A stretch of DNA of 64,000 bases from assembly GCA_963729605.1 (NCBI GenBank), contig CAVSNY010000007.1, forward strand, positions 32,001-96,000, written 5' to 3'. A program made the position numbers and the translations under genes. The DNA comes from an uncultured Gammaproteobacteria bacterium (GTDB lineage: Bacteria; Pseudomonadota; Gammaproteobacteria; DRLM01). Position 1 is the stretch's first letter. Each line of letters opens with the position of its first letter. This document shows, one piece after another, positions 28,335-41,521 of the stretch. The notes under the pieces are model-generated. The model was not told the DNA's origin. It searched no databases and saw nothing but the letters and a program-made list of their open reading frames with translations.

Positions 28335-28766
28335 TCACCGCCCCGTCTTCTTCCGCAGACTCTGGATCGCCTTGAGCTGGGCGATGGCTTCGGCCAGTTC
28401 GGCTTCGGCTTGGGCCAAGCTGATCTCGCCTTTTTGATCGGCGAGGGCTTGTTCGGCGCGTTGCTTGGCGGCGATGGCGGCGGCTTCGTCGATGTCCTTG
28501 GCGCGGGCCCCGGTGTCGGCGAGGATGGTGACGATGTGCGGTTGCACTTCGAGCATGCCGCCGGAGACGAAGAAGTATTCTTCGGTGCCTTCGGGGGTGC
28601 GGATGCGCACTTCACCGGGTTTGATCTTGGTGATCAACGGCGTGTGGCGGGGCATGATGCCCACTTCGCCCATTACCGCCGGCGCGAAGATCATGGTGGC
28701 GGGGCCGGAGAAAATCTCCGCTTCCGCGCTCACGATCTCGACTTGCATGGTTGTCGCCATAGTCAT
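28335..28766 (-). CDS. atpC: ATP synthase epsilon subunit
   Basis: EIVSAEAEIFSG, GEVGIMPRHTPL, VSGGMLEVQP; operon position. Confidence 0.96.
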   Translation of the reverse strand: MTMATTMQVEIVSAEAEIFSGPATMIFAPAVMGEVGIMPRHTPLITKIKPGEVRIRTPEGTEEYFFVSGGMLEVQPHIVTILADTGARAKDIDEAAAIAAKQRAEQALADQKGEISLAQAEAELAEAIAQLKAIQSLRKKTGR

Positions 28767-28886
28767 CTCTCTTTGCTGCCGGTCCGTCGCCCCCAGTGTA
28801 AGAAGAGGGCGAGGGTGGTTATTGCTGTCTTTGCGACCGGGCTGGCGGCTGGATATTCGCCGGGGCTTAATCCATCTCGGCCGGCC

Positions 28887-28923
28887 CCCTCTCCCCGTCC
28901 CTCTCCCGCGAGGGGAGAGGGGG
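28887..28923. repeat. REP-like hairpin (family A) between atpD and atpC
   Basis: CCCTCTCCCCGTCCCTCTCCCGCGAGGGGAGAGGGGG. Confidence 0.7.
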
Positions 28924-28945
28924 AGGTGGAGTACATAAATTTAAT

Positions 28946-30349
<1,404 letters not shown>

Positions 30350-30436
30350 TCAAAATCTGCTTTGCGCCCACCGCGTGTCGGCGAGCCGCACCAAACATTA
30401 CATGTAGCGTGCGACGTGCGCACGATCCAATCTTAT

Positions 30437-30473
30437 CCCCTCTCCCCTAGCCCTCTCCCGGAGGGCGAGGGGG
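30437..30473. repeat. REP-like hairpin (family A) between atpG and atpD
   Basis: CCCCTCTCCCCTAGCCCTCTCCCGGAGGGCGAGGGGG. Confidence 0.7.
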
Positions 30474-30491
30474 AGGTGGCGAAAAAATCTT

Positions 30492-31352
30492 TTATACTGC
30501 CGCCGCGCCGCCGACGATCTCGGAAATCTCCTGGGTGATCGCCGCCTGCCGCGCCTTGTTGTAGACCAGCTGCAAGCCCGAGATGAAATCACCGGCGTTG
30601 TCGGACGCCGCTTTCATCGCGACCATCCGCGCCGCCTGTTCACTGGCGATGTTTTCCACCACGCCCTGATACACCAGCGACTCGATATACCGCATCAACA
30701 AATCGTCGAGCACATCCTTGGCCTCGGGTTCGTAGAGGTAGTCCCAATGATGTTGGAGCTCTACGTCGGCCGCGCCTTGAATGGGCAGCAACTGAATGGC
30801 TTGCGGCTTCTGCGCCATGGTGTTGACGAACTGGTTGTACACCACGTACAGACGATCGATGCGGCCTTCGTTGTAGGCGTCGAGCATGATCTTCACCGTG
30901 CCAATCAAATCGCTGATCTTCGGCGCGTCGCCCAGATGGGAGACGTGGCCGACGATGCTGCTGCGCAGGCGCTTGAAGAAGGCTTCGGCCTTGGCGCCGA
31001 TGGTGCAGACATCGACTTCCGCGCCTTTTTCCCGCCATTCACGCAAGGCCATCAACGAGGTCTTGAAGGCATTGGTGTTGAGGCCGCCGCACAAACCGCG
31101 GTCGGTGGAAATGATGATGATGCCGACCCGTTTGACCTCGCGCTCCTTCATGAACGGATGCCGGTATTCGGGATGGGCCTGGGCCAAGTGACCGACGATG
31201 TCGCGGATTTTATCCGCGTAAGGCCGGCTGGCGCGCATGCGCTCCTGCGCCTTGCGCATCTTGCTGGCCGCCACCATTTCCATGGCGCGCGTGATCTTCT
31301 GAGTATTTTTAATACTCTTGATCTGCGTACGTATCTCTTTACCGACCGCCAT
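30492..31352 (-). CDS. atpG: ATP synthase gamma subunit
   Basis: [42 protein letters not shown]. Confidence 0.98.
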   Translation of the reverse strand: MAVGKEIRTQIKSIKNTQKITRAMEMVAASKMRKAQERMRASRPYADKIRDIVGHLAQAHPEYRHPFMKEREVKRVGIIIISTDRGLCGGLNTNAFKTSLMALREWREKGAEVDVCTIGAKAEAFFKRLRSSIVGHVSHLGDAPKISDLIGTVKIMLDAYNEGRIDRLYVVYNQFVNTMAQKPQAIQLLPIQGAADVELQHHWDYLYEPEAKDVLDDLLMRYIESLVYQGVVENIASEQAARMVAMKAASDNAGDFISGLQLVYNKARQAAITQEISEIVGGAAAV

Positions 31353-31368
31353 TAGCTAAAGTCCTCGC

Positions 31369-32910
<1,542 letters not shown>

Positions 32911-32931
32911 TTTTTAAATCCTCTTCCGACC

Positions 32932-33468
32932 TTAGCGGGCCAAAGCCACTTGCAGCTTCGCCAATTGTCCCAACACGGAACCGTCAATGACCAAATCTCC
33001 CGCGCGAATGATCGCGCCGCCCAGCAGGCTCTGATCGACCTCGCTGGTCACGGTCACTTCCCGGCCCAAACGTTTTTTCAATGCCGCCGCCACCTGTTGC
33101 TTTTGCGCGTCGTCCACCGGGAACGCCGAGACCATATGGGCCTCCACGGTCCGCTCGGCATCGGCGCGATAGCCTTCGTACAGCGCGGCGATTTCCGGCA
33201 ACACCTTCAAGCGGCCGTTCTCGACCAGCAATTGGATGAGGTGTTGCGCCTCTTTAACGAACCGAGCGCCGCCGATGCCGATGACCAGCTCGGCCAGTTG
33301 CGCCTTGGATACCCGCGGATTACCCACCAGGGCATTGATCCGCTCATCCGACACAACCGCCGCCGCCAGCCGCAGCATCTCCGACCAGCGCGGCAACTCG
33401 TTGCGTCCCCGCGCCAGCTCGAATACGGCCAGGGCATAGGGACGCGCGATGGTGGTTTTCTCTGCCAT
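32932..33468 (-). CDS. atpH: ATP synthase delta subunit
   Basis: TIARPYA, LLGGAIIRAGDLVIDGS. Confidence 0.96.
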   Translation of the reverse strand: MAEKTTIARPYALAVFELARGRNELPRWSEMLRLAAAVVSDERINALVGNPRVSKAQLAELVIGIGGARFVKEAQHLIQLLVENGRLKVLPEIAALYEGYRADAERTVEAHMVSAFPVDDAQKQQVAAALKKRLGREVTVTSEVDQSLLGGAIIRAGDLVIDGSVLGQLAKLQVALAR

Positions 33469-33483
33469 GAGTGTCTCGCCCTG

Positions 33484-33954
33484 TTAAATCTGCGCCACTA
33501 AATCTTTGAGCAGATCGCCGTGGGCCTTCGCGTCGATTTCCCGGCTGAGGATGCGCTGGGCACCCGCCACCGACACCGACACCACTTGGCCGCGCAGCTG
33601 CTCCTTGGCGCGATTGACCTCCTGGTCGATCTCCGCCTTGGCGGCGAGCAACAAACGCTCGGCTTCGGTACGGGCACCTTGCTTGGCCTCTTCGACGATT
33701 TCGCCGCCACGCTTTTCCGCTTGGGCGATGATCTCACCGGCCTGGGCCTTGGCTTCGCGCACCAATTCCTTGGCGTGCTCTTCCGCGCGCACCAATTCGT
33801 GCTGGCCCTTGTCGGCCGCGGCCAACCCGTCGGCGATACGCTTCTGGCGGTCCGTCATCATCTTGGTAACGGGACCCCACAGCAGCTTGTTGACGAACCA
33901 GATCAGCGCCACGAAGGCGATAATCTGGGCAATCAGGGTTGCTGTAATATTCAC
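33484..33954 (-). CDS. atpF: ATP synthase b subunit
   Basis: MNITATLIAQ, single TM helix, RQKRIADGL, 156 aa. Confidence 0.96.
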   Translation of the reverse strand: MNITATLIAQIIAFVALIWFVNKLLWGPVTKMMTDRQKRIADGLAAADKGQHELVRAEEHAKELVREAKAQAGEIIAQAEKRGGEIVEEAKQGARTEAERLLLAAKAEIDQEVNRAKEQLRGQVVSVSVAGAQRILSREIDAKAHGDLLKDLVAQI

Positions 33955-34002
33955 GATCAGCTCCTCGTCAGGTTATGACGTTTACAACGTCAAGCAACTC
34001 GC

Positions 34003-34296
34003 TTAGACGCCGGCGGCGCCCAAAGCGGATTGCAGGGCACCGACGAAGGGGTTGGCGAACAGGAACCACATCGCGAAGGCCAAGATGATGAAGGGGAACG
34101 ATTCCATCAAACCGGCGAAGATGAACATATTGGTCATCAGCGCGGGGCGCATCTCGGGCTGGCGCGCGATACCTTCCAGGGTCTTGGCGCAGATCAGGCC
34201 CCAGCCGATGGCGGAACCCAGGCCGGCGGCGGCCAGAATCACGCCCACGCCGACGGCGGTGTACGCGTAGATCATGGAAATCATTTCAGCTGTCAT
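34003..34296 (-). CDS. atpE: ATP synthase c subunit
   Basis: Helical hairpin with ARQPE loop and carboxylate in AGLMESFP; AGGAG RBS. Confidence 0.95.
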   Translation of the reverse strand: MTAEMISMIYAYTAVGVGVILAAAGLGSAIGWGLICAKTLEGIARQPEMRPALMTNMFIFAGLMESFPFIILAFAMWFLFANPFVGALQSALGAAGV

Positions 34297-34355
34297 AACA
34301 TTGTCTCCTTAAAAAATATAACTAAAAATCTATTGATAAAACCGGTCAAACAAGC

Positions 34356-35216
<861 letters not shown>

Positions 35217-35226
35217 TTAAAAAACT

Positions 35227-35607
35227 TTACGATCCGCCCCGCATGGCGACCAGATACACCAGTTGCGCGGCGATAAATCCCGCGACGGTGGGCAGCGGTT
35301 GAAGATTCAACATCGCCAGGCCTACGCCAAACAGGACCGCCACCAGCAGAAAACGCTGGGCGGCGCTCAAATACAAAATCAGCATGCTTTTTTTATGGTC
35401 GCGGGGCGCGGCGTTGGCGGCGCGCCTCACACCTCGGCTCAGCAGGAAGGCGACGACTACGCTGATCAACCCGCCGTATAAAGCGGACAGCGCCTCCCAA
35501 TGCCCTTTAACCAAAAAAAAACCCGCCGCCACCAGGACAAGCACACCCAACTGGAGTCCCAAGACCCGGCGGGTGGCACTGCCTATCTCACTTGCGTCGG
35601 CGTTCAA
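35227..35607 (-). CDS. atpI: ATP synthase protein I
   Basis: Four-TM small protein directly upstream of atpB; TTG start. Confidence 0.8.
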   Translation of the reverse strand: MNADASEIGSATRRVLGLQLGVLVLVAAGFFLVKGHWEALSALYGGLISVVVAFLLSRGVRRAANAAPRDHKKSMLILYLSAAQRFLLVAVLFGVGLAMLNLQPLPTVAGFIAAQLVYLVAMRGGS

Positions 35608-35610
35608 ATT

Positions 35611-35814
35611 CTATCCGTGCCCACTGCCCAGCAACCGGTGGGCCTTAATGATGCCGCCCACGAAACCCAGGCCGCCCAGCAACATCATGAATACCGGACT
35701 GGTCAGCAGCCAGGCATCCAAGGCGAAACCCAGGCCGAAGCCGGTGATCACCATCGCGGCGAGATGGGTGCCGACACCGATCAGCAGCATCCCGGCCCCC
35801 TTTGAGTTCTGCAT
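35611..35814 (-). CDS. AtpZ/ATPase_gene1 family two-TM protein
   Basis: GFGLGFALDAWLLTSPVFM matches the G...D.W..T.P pattern; first gene of the operon; start moved to ATG 35814. Confidence 0.75.
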   Translation of the reverse strand: MQNSKGAGMLLIGVGTHLAAMVITGFGLGFALDAWLLTSPVFMMLLGGLGFVGGIIKAHRLLGSGHG

Positions 35815-35843
35815 GGGCGAAGGGCCTCTAAAACAGGCGCGAG

Positions 35844-35956
35844 AGTATAAGCGAGCGCCTGCCGGGCCGCAAGCATCGAGCCTAGCCCAGCGGCGCACTG
35901 CGCGCCCCATTGCAGCCGGGCGGGCGCAGTATAGAAGACTCATTCTTAAGGGTCAA
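35844..35956 (-). promoter_or_regulatory. Tandem sigma70 promoters of the atp operon
   Basis: TTGACC-N17-TATACT (35956-35928) and TTGCGG-N17-TATACT (35872-35844). Confidence 0.7.
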
Positions 35957-36138
35957 TGTAAAAACCGGCTATTTATGGCCGCCCTATAAGAGGGCGGTGC
36001 GCCATGGAAGAGGCCGGTGCTTAACGGGCTGCCGGGGGCGCGACTACGGTTGACAGGAGCGGACCGCAACGGGCACCGCCACGCTCGCCTACCCCAGCGA
36101 TCCGAAGCCTGACCGTTTCACCGATGTGCAAACGGGGG

Positions 36139-36642
36139 TTAGACCACCCTTGTCGGTGACGTATCTTTATATAAAACGGATCGCGCCAGTAGCGCATCTA
36201 CGAACTTGGCGAATTCCGGGTAGTAGTTTCGGTAACTCTCGTGAATATGACGGAACTCCTCGTCCGCTATGTAAAACTCAGTCCACAGTTCCCCCCAGTG
36301 ACTGCCAAGTGGATCGCTCAGGCCCATATTCTTCAGCGTGTGCAGGAAGGCAAGATATTCATAGTGCTTCGCCATCATGATGGACTTGCGTATGGCTTTA
36401 TCGTCATTCTTGTACAGGGTGTCGTACTGTTCTTGAGAAATGTAATTGGTCGGTTTCAAGTGGAACTCCGAAACCTCTTGGTCTGAAACCGGTTCATAGG
36501 TACGCCAGTACATCTCAAACCGGTCTCGCAACAGATGCGCCTTCGAAAGACGATTTTGAATGACCGTTTGCCACAACAGGACGAGCAACGTGATCATGAT
36601 GACGATGACGTTCGCGAGCTGTATCAGGTCTCCAATATCCAT
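36139..36642 (-). CDS. Hypothetical protein with N-terminal TM helix; probable solo integron cassette
   Basis: 167 aa, lower GC, GAGGA RBS; GTTAGGT core upstream (36664-36670) and GTCTAAC inverse core overlapping the stop. Confidence 0.7.
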   Translation of the reverse strand: MDIGDLIQLANVIVIMITLLVLLWQTVIQNRLSKAHLLRDRFEMYWRTYEPVSDQEVSEFHLKPTNYISQEQYDTLYKNDDKAIRKSIMMAKHYEYLAFLHTLKNMGLSDPLGSHWGELWTEFYIADEEFRHIHESYRNYYPEFAKFVDALLARSVLYKDTSPTRVV

Positions 36643-36704
36643 GGTTGAGTCCTCGTATAAGGCACCTAACCAGCCTCGGCAAACCGGCCGCCCTCAGGCA
36701 AGTT

Positions 36705-37592
36705 CTATTTGATGTGGGCGAGTATGCCCTCCAGTTCGTCGAGGCTGTTGTACTGGATCACCAGCTTGCCCTTGCCCTTGGCGCCGTGCTGTACCTCCAC
36801 GCCGGCGCCCAGTTTTTCCGATAAGTCTTCCTGCAAGCGGCGGATGTCGGGATCGAGCCCGGTCTTTTTAATCGGCGCGGGGGTGGCGCCGCCGGCGAGC
36901 AGGCGCCGCACCAAGGATTCGGTCTCGCGTACCGACAGGCCTTTGCTCACCACCTGTCGCGCGGCGGCGCTTTGCGCCGCGCCTTTCAAGGCCAGCAGGG
37001 CGCGGGCGTGACCCATCTCCAGCTCGCGGTGTTCCAGCATGCGTTTCAGGTCATCGTGTAAATCCAGGAGCCGCAGTAAATTGGAAACCGCCACCCGCGA
37101 GCGTCCCACCGCCTCGGCCACTTCCTGGTGAGTGAGATCGAATTCCTTGATCAAACGCTGCAAGGCGTTGGCCTCTTCCATGGGATTGAGATTTTCCCGC
37201 TGGATGTTTTCGATGAGGGCCATGGCCATGGCGGCCCGGTCGGGCACATCGCGCACCACGGCGGGAATGTCTTGCAACCCCGCCAGCTGCGCCGCCCGCC
37301 AGCGCCGTTCGCCGGCGATGATTTCGTATTCGCCCTTGCCGTCGGGCTTGACCACGATGGGCTGCACCACGCCCTGGGCGCGGATCGAATCGGCCAAGTC
37401 TTGCAGGCTTTCCGTGTGCATATCCACCCGCGGTTGATATTTACCGCGGCGGATCAGGTCCACCGGCAGGTGGCGCAGCTCGCTGTCCTGCGGCGGTTTG
37501 GCCGTACCGGCGGGCGGGGAGGACGGGGCGGGCTCGAGATTGCCGAGCAGCGCGTCCAATCCGCGACCCAGTCCACGCTTTTTAGTCACCAT
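36705..37592 (-). CDS. parB: Chromosome partitioning protein ParB
   Basis: KKRGLGRGLDALL, YQPR, IIAGERRWRAA, ENIQRENLN, HTH. Confidence 0.97.
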   Translation of the reverse strand: MVTKKRGLGRGLDALLGNLEPAPSSPPAGTAKPPQDSELRHLPVDLIRRGKYQPRVDMHTESLQDLADSIRAQGVVQPIVVKPDGKGEYEIIAGERRWRAAQLAGLQDIPAVVRDVPDRAAMAMALIENIQRENLNPMEEANALQRLIKEFDLTHQEVAEAVGRSRVAVSNLLRLLDLHDDLKRMLEHRELEMGHARALLALKGAAQSAAARQVVSKGLSVRETESLVRRLLAGGATPAPIKKTGLDPDIRRLQEDLSEKLGAGVEVQHGAKGKGKLVIQYNSLDELEGILAHIK

Positions 37593-37637
37593 AATGTGTG
37601 TCCGTCCGTTTGAGCGGGCTTTTGAGTGGCTTGGGGC

Positions 37638-38441
37638 TTAAGTCGCCGCGGCCGCCGCGGTATGCGTTGCACGCGATTGTTCGGCCCGCCGCAGCACTTC
37701 GCCGGCCAGGGCGAGGTAGGCCTGCGCGCCGCGGGAGGTTTTATCATAAAGCAGCACCGGCAGGCCATGGCTGGGCGCCTCGGCCACCCGCACGTTGCGC
37801 GGGATCACCGTGCGGTACAAGCGCTCGCCAAAGTGGTTGACCAGCTGCGCGGAGACCTCGTTGGCCAGGTTGTTGCGCGGGTCGAACATGGTGCGCAACA
37901 CGCCTTGCACCTGCAAGGCGGGATTGAGCGTGGCGCGGATCTTGTCCACGGTTTTCATGAGGGCCGACAAACCCTCCAGCGCGTAATACTCGCATTGCAT
38001 GGGAATCAGCACACCCTCGGCGCCGACCAGGGCGTTGAGGGTCAGCATGTTCAACGAAGGCGGGCAGTCGATGAGGATGTAGTCGTAGTCGGCGCGCACC
38101 GCCGCCAAGGCGCGCTTGAGACGCTGTTCGCGCTGCGGCAAGTCCAGCAGCGCGATCTCGGCGCCGGTCAGATCATCGTTGGCCGGCAGCAGATCGAACC
38201 CGGACTGTCCCGCCGGCACCGTCACCGCGCGGATCTCGCGTTCTTCCACCAGCACGTCATAAATAGACGACGCCACGGTGCGCTTGTCCACCCCGCTGCC
38301 CATGGTGGCGTTGCCCTGGGGATCGAGGTCGATCAGCAACACCCGGCGTTTGGTGGCCGCCAGCGAGGCGGCCAGGTTGACCGAGGTGGTGGTCTTACCC
38401 ACCCCGCCCTTTTGATTGGTGATGGCGATGATGCTGCTCAA
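37638..38441 (-). CDS. parA: Chromosome partitioning ATPase ParA/Soj
   Basis: NQKGGVGKTT, DLDPQGNAT, IDCPPSL, QCEYYALEG, IPRNVRVAEAPSHG; TTG start at 38441 inferred. Confidence 0.96.
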   Translation of the reverse strand: MSSIIAITNQKGGVGKTTTSVNLAASLAATKRRVLLIDLDPQGNATMGSGVDKRTVASSIYDVLVEEREIRAVTVPAGQSGFDLLPANDDLTGAEIALLDLPQREQRLKRALAAVRADYDYILIDCPPSLNMLTLNALVGAEGVLIPMQCEYYALEGLSALMKTVDKIRATLNPALQVQGVLRTMFDPRNNLANEVSAQLVNHFGERLYRTVIPRNVRVAEAPSHGLPVLLYDKTSRGAQAYLALAGEVLRRAEQSRATHTAAAAAT

Positions 38442-38574
38442 TCCCGTATGCCTTATATGCTGTGAGCGTTTCGATGGTCCGGCGATTATACGGCAGGGCG
38501 CGGGCGGCGCCACCCCGCGCGCCGCCGGAAAAGCGTTCACGCATCAACTTAACTGCCGTGACGCTGTTAATAAA

Positions 38575-38712
38575 GCAAGCTCTGACTTTATTCAGGCCCG
38601 CGGCACACGCAGGCGCCGCCATTTTCAATGGGTGGTTGGCCCCGGCGGGCGCAAGGACGCGCGGGAGTAGCGGTGTGCTGAAAATGCCGGCATGGAATTA
38701 TTTTTAGCGCTC
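38575..38712. mobile_element. Degenerate copy of the ~150-bp MITE
   Basis: Shares CTCTGA..TTATTCAG, CCCGCGGCACACG, GCCGCCATTTTCAATGG and ATGGAATTATT with the 45161 copy. Confidence 0.6.
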
Positions 38713-38858
38713 GTCGAAAGGGTGAGGCAAAACCGGCGCTGGGCGCGATGCGAAGGGAAGCTCATCGACCCGCGGGCCGTGGCGGCCTGCTTGGGGTGGC
38801 AGCGGGCGAGCACATCCCCGTCGGGGACGCCGACCTCCGCCCGCTACCCGGGAGGCGG

Positions 38859-40352
38859 TTAGACGCGGAAGCGGTCCACCTTCGACTTCAGCTCGACGGC
38901 GACGTCGGCGAGCGTTTGGCTGGTATCTTGGGCCTGTCTACCCATCTCCGCCGTCTCGTTGCTGGTATCGCGGATGGAGTGAATGCCGCGATTGATCTCC
39001 ATCATGACCGCGCTTTGTTCCTCGGCGGCGCTGGCGATTTGATTGGTCATGTCGCTGATGCGGGCCACCGACTCGATGATATCGTGCAAGGACCGTCCGA
39101 CGACTTCCGATTCCTTGGCGCCCTCTTGCGCGAGGGCGCCGCCCTGGGCCATGACCTGCACGGCCTGTTCGGAGTTCTGCTGCAAGCGTTCGATCATGGC
39201 GTGAATCTCGCGGGTCGAGTCCTGGGTGCGACTGGCCAGGGTCCGCACCTCGTCGGCCACCACGGCGAAACCGCGGCCCTGCTCGCCGGCCCGCGCCGCC
39301 TCGATCGCGGCATTGAGGGCGAGCAGATTGGTCTGATCGGCGATACCGCGGATTACGTCCACGATACCGCTGATATTGTTTGCATCGGCGGCGAGCTGTT
39401 TGATGACCGCCGCGGCCCGGTCCACTTCCTGGGCCAGGTTCACGACCAGTTTAATGGCCTTGTTCACCACCTGCTGACTGGTACTGGCGTCCTGGTTGGC
39501 GGAACTGGCCAGCTCCGCCGCCGTGCCGACGCTGCGGGCCACATCGCCCACCGACGAGGTGATTTCGTCGATCGCGGTCACGACGTGATCGGCTTCCGAC
39601 TTCTGCCTTTCTGTGGCGTGATGCGTATCGGTGGTCAGTTTATCCAATTGCTCCACCGTAGCCGCCAGCCGTTCGGAGGCGTCCACCACCGATTTAATCA
39701 TGTGGTGCACGCTATCCATATAACGCTGAAAACCCTGCGACACCGGGCTGTGGCTCGTGTGCGGACGCCAGGTCAAATCGATGATGCCGTCGTCTCGCGC
39801 CAGGTATTGGGTGACGCTGTACATCTCCTCGCTCTCCACCAGATCGCGCCGGCCGAGGACCGCCATATACACCAGAATGGCCGCCTCGAACACCACGAAC
39901 GCCGCGTGGGTGAGCACGAGACCCAAGCCGGTGCCGTGGTCGAACACATGCACCCCGTAACCCCATTGCTGCAGGTAATTGAAGACCAGATGATGAAGGG
40001 CGATGACCACGGTCGCCATGATCACCGGCCGCCAATCGCGGTAAAAAAGCAGAAAGGCCAGCAGGGCGAAAATGCCGAAGTGCATCTCGATCATGCCGTG
40101 GCCCTGATGAATCAGCAGGCCCGAATACACCATAAAAGCGGCCGCGATCACCAGGCGGCTGGCCAGCGACGCGGGATGGAAACGGGCGACCAGGGTCGCG
40201 ATCAACGCGGCAGGCAAACCCACCAGCAGCGCCGCTTGCCAGGTGTCGTGCCAACCGGCCAGGCCCAACGAGAGCATGAATAATCCCCAGCAGACTCCCA
40301 CCATGATGCGGTCGCCCTGGCGGTAAACTCTAAAATGCAATGGACCTGTCAT
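38859..40352 (-). CDS. Methyl-accepting chemotaxis protein with multi-TM N-terminal sensor
   Basis: [37 protein letters not shown]; several TM helices including [11 protein letters not shown]; start uncertain. Confidence 0.92.
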   Translation of the reverse strand: MTGPLHFRVYRQGDRIMVGVCWGLFMLSLGLAGWHDTWQAALLVGLPAALIATLVARFHPASLASRLVIAAAFMVYSGLLIHQGHGMIEMHFGIFALLAFLLFYRDWRPVIMATVVIALHHLVFNYLQQWGYGVHVFDHGTGLGLVLTHAAFVVFEAAILVYMAVLGRRDLVESEEMYSVTQYLARDDGIIDLTWRPHTSHSPVSQGFQRYMDSVHHMIKSVVDASERLAATVEQLDKLTTDTHHATERQKSEADHVVTAIDEITSSVGDVARSVGTAAELASSANQDASTSQQVVNKAIKLVVNLAQEVDRAAAVIKQLAADANNISGIVDVIRGIADQTNLLALNAAIEAARAGEQGRGFAVVADEVRTLASRTQDSTREIHAMIERLQQNSEQAVQVMAQGGALAQEGAKESEVVGRSLHDIIESVARISDMTNQIASAAEEQSAVMMEINRGIHSIRDTSNETAEMGRQAQDTSQTLADVAVELKSKVDRFRV

Positions 40353-40552
40353 TAATTTTTTTCCTGAAGACGGGCTTGTATACCCAATTTTCATGAGTAA
40401 TCGGCCGCCGCGAAAAAAAATTAAGCTGGCGAGAGGATCGTCGCCGTATGTCAGGGGATTCCGTCCGCCTCTCGGCGGTGGGTATGTACCCCAAATAAAA
40501 TTGGGCTCTTCGGAAAAATTAGTGGGTAGAAATATAAGCGGCGGATTTGTAG

Positions 40553-40733
<181 letters not shown>

Positions 40734-40831
40734 GCCGGAAACCGGTCTCGACATCTTTCGTAGGCCAAGCAAGACCAGGCGCTTCATGCGCCGCCGTTTT
40801 TTGCTCTTCTCGCCGAGATCATGACCGGCTC

Positions 40832-41491
40832 TTAAACGTCCCGCCGCACGCGGACCAAGTGTCGTTCTTCGCCGAGCTCGGGCACGTGGAGACGAAGAAT
40901 GTCTTCCACTTGAAAACCTTTGGGCAGATCCGCCGCTTCCTCGGCGGGGTCCCGGCCCTTCATCGCCAGCATCAACCCACCGGGGCGGCAGAGCGGGCCG
41001 GCCACCGTGACGAACTGGCCGATGTTGCTGAAGGCGCGGGAGATGACGGTGTCGAATAACTCGGCGGGCCGATAGGCCTCCACCCGCCCCGTCTCCACCT
41101 CGACATTAGCCACACCCAGCTCACCCACCGCCTGGACGATGAAACGGGTTTTTTTGGCGACGGAATCGATCAAGGTGAAATGCAGGCCGGGCAACGCAAT
41201 CGCGAGCGGAATGCCGGGCAGGCCCGGCCCGCTGCCGACGTCCAACACCCGCGGGCCTTGAACATAGGGCGCCGCCGCCAGGCTGTCGAGCAAATGCCGG
41301 ATGACCATGTCGCGCTGCGAGGTCACGGCGGTGAGGTTGTAGACCCGATTCCATTTGTCCAGCAGCGCGGGATAACGCAGCAGGGCCGCTTGGTCCTCGA
41401 CGGGTATATTCATCCGCAAGGCGATCAAGCCGCGCGCGAGTAACTCGGCGAGGGGCGCGGGATTGGAAGAACGGGTTCCGGGTTTGGCCAT
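40832..41491 (-). CDS. rsmG: 16S rRNA m7G527 methyltransferase
   Basis: [32 protein letters not shown]. Confidence 0.96.
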   Translation of the reverse strand: MAKPGTRSSNPAPLAELLARGLIALRMNIPVEDQAALLRYPALLDKWNRVYNLTAVTSQRDMVIRHLLDSLAAAPYVQGPRVLDVGSGPGLPGIPLAIALPGLHFTLIDSVAKKTRFIVQAVGELGVANVEVETGRVEAYRPAELFDTVISRAFSNIGQFVTVAGPLCRPGGLMLAMKGRDPAEEAADLPKGFQVEDILRLHVPELGEERHLVRVRRDV

Positions 41492-41521
41492 GGCGATGCG
41501 GCGGGTTGCGTGATTTGAAGG

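Noticed and set aside
36705-38860. parS sites near parAB
   Set aside because: No TGTTTCACGTGAAACA-like palindrome found by eye.
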